Source: Thermoplasmata archaeon
GTDB lineage: Archaea > Thermoplasmatota > Thermoplasmata > UBA10834
NCBI GenBank assembly: GCA_035529455.1
Contig: DATKWQ010000063.1
Coordinates: forward strand, 1,274 to 65,273
DNA length: 64,000 nucleotides
Reading direction: 5' to 3'
In this document: one piece after another, positions 63,741-64,000 of the stretch
Layout: each line of letters opens with the position of its first letter
Position numbering within the stretch: the stretch's first letter is position 1
The notes under the pieces: model-generated
The model's database searches: none
What the model was told of the DNA's origin: nothing
What the model saw: the letters and a program-made list of their open reading frames with translations, nothing else
Made by a program: the position numbers and the translations under genes

Positions 63741-64000
63741 ATGAAGATGGACAGAACGAAGAAGCTGGAGAAGGAGATGCTCACATGCACATTCTGCGGT
63801 TTCTGCAAGAGCGTCTGCCCTTACTTCGAGGACAACCAGTGGGATCCATCAGTGGCGAGAGGGAAGGTCATCCTCGCATATGGACTGACGAGGGGAGAGA
63901 TCGAGCCCGACGATTCCGTCATCAAGAGGATTTACCAGTGCACGACGTGCAAGGACTGCGAGAGGAGATGCCCTTCAGACATCAAAGTCATCGAGATCGT
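63741..64000 (+). CDS. Fe-S oxidoreductase (GlpC/HdrD/LutA-like), 5' part only, runs off the window
   Basis: Two 4Fe-4S ferredoxin motifs, CTFCGFCKSVCP and CTTCKDCERRCP. Truncated by the window end. Confidence 0.6.
   Translation, partial: MKMDRTKKLEKEMLTCTFCGFCKSVCPYFEDNQWDPSVARGKVILAYGLTRGEIEPDDSVIKRIYQCTTCKDCERRCPSDIKVIEI

Noticed and set aside
1-64000. CRISPR arrays, rRNA genes, transposases/IS elements, reverse transcriptases, inteins in large housekeeping genes
   Set aside because: I saw no regularly spaced short repeats in any intergenic gap, no rRNA-like stretches and no transposase or RT motifs. The only mobility gene is the integrase remnant at 11775-12065. PAN, thermosome, Hef, DnaK, CysRS and GluRS all have ordinary lengths with no intein-sized insertions. 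This was a manual scan only, so short or degenerate elements could have been missed.

Overview
Compact, GC-rich archaeal chromosomal segment. It is almost entirely coding, with many 1-30 nt gene overlaps and AT-rich TATA-like boxes about 25-35 nt upstream of start codons, so several genes look leaderless. The gene content points to a Thermoplasmatota-like euryarchaeon: thermosome, PAN, Hef, Rpo11, MBF1, archaeal-type GluRS, TruD, archease, an A24 prepilin/preflagellin peptidase, a bacterial-type grpE-dnaK-dnaJ operon, and an alkyltransferase-endonuclease V fusion. I call about 75 CDS and 3 tRNAs (Arg-CCU, Thr-UGU, Cys-GCA). I saw no rRNA and no CRISPR array. Most of the window is housekeeping: cysteine and Fe-S metabolism, pyrimidine synthesis, chaperones, DNA repair and translation. 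Points worth a second look, in rough priority: (1) a ~4 kb integrated element bracketed by a perfect 36-bp direct repeat of the tRNA-Arg 3' end, with a decayed tyrosine-recombinase remnant and cargo of a B12-binding protein, a MacB-type ABC exporter and a small repeat-containing secreted peptide; (2) a three-gene operon of small proteins with pilin-like N-termini, divergent from a protein built of five zinc-ribbon repeats; (3) a 4xCBS protein fused to an HPF/RaiA-like C-terminal domain; (4) a Hef helicase whose ERCC4 nuclease motifs look degenerate; (5) a non-pyrrolysine MttB-family methyltransferase next to a receiver-histidine kinase hybrid; (6) co-localisation of tRNA-Cys, cysK, cysE, cysS, two cysteine desulfurases and IscU. 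All family assignments come from motif recognition by eye. No database search was run.
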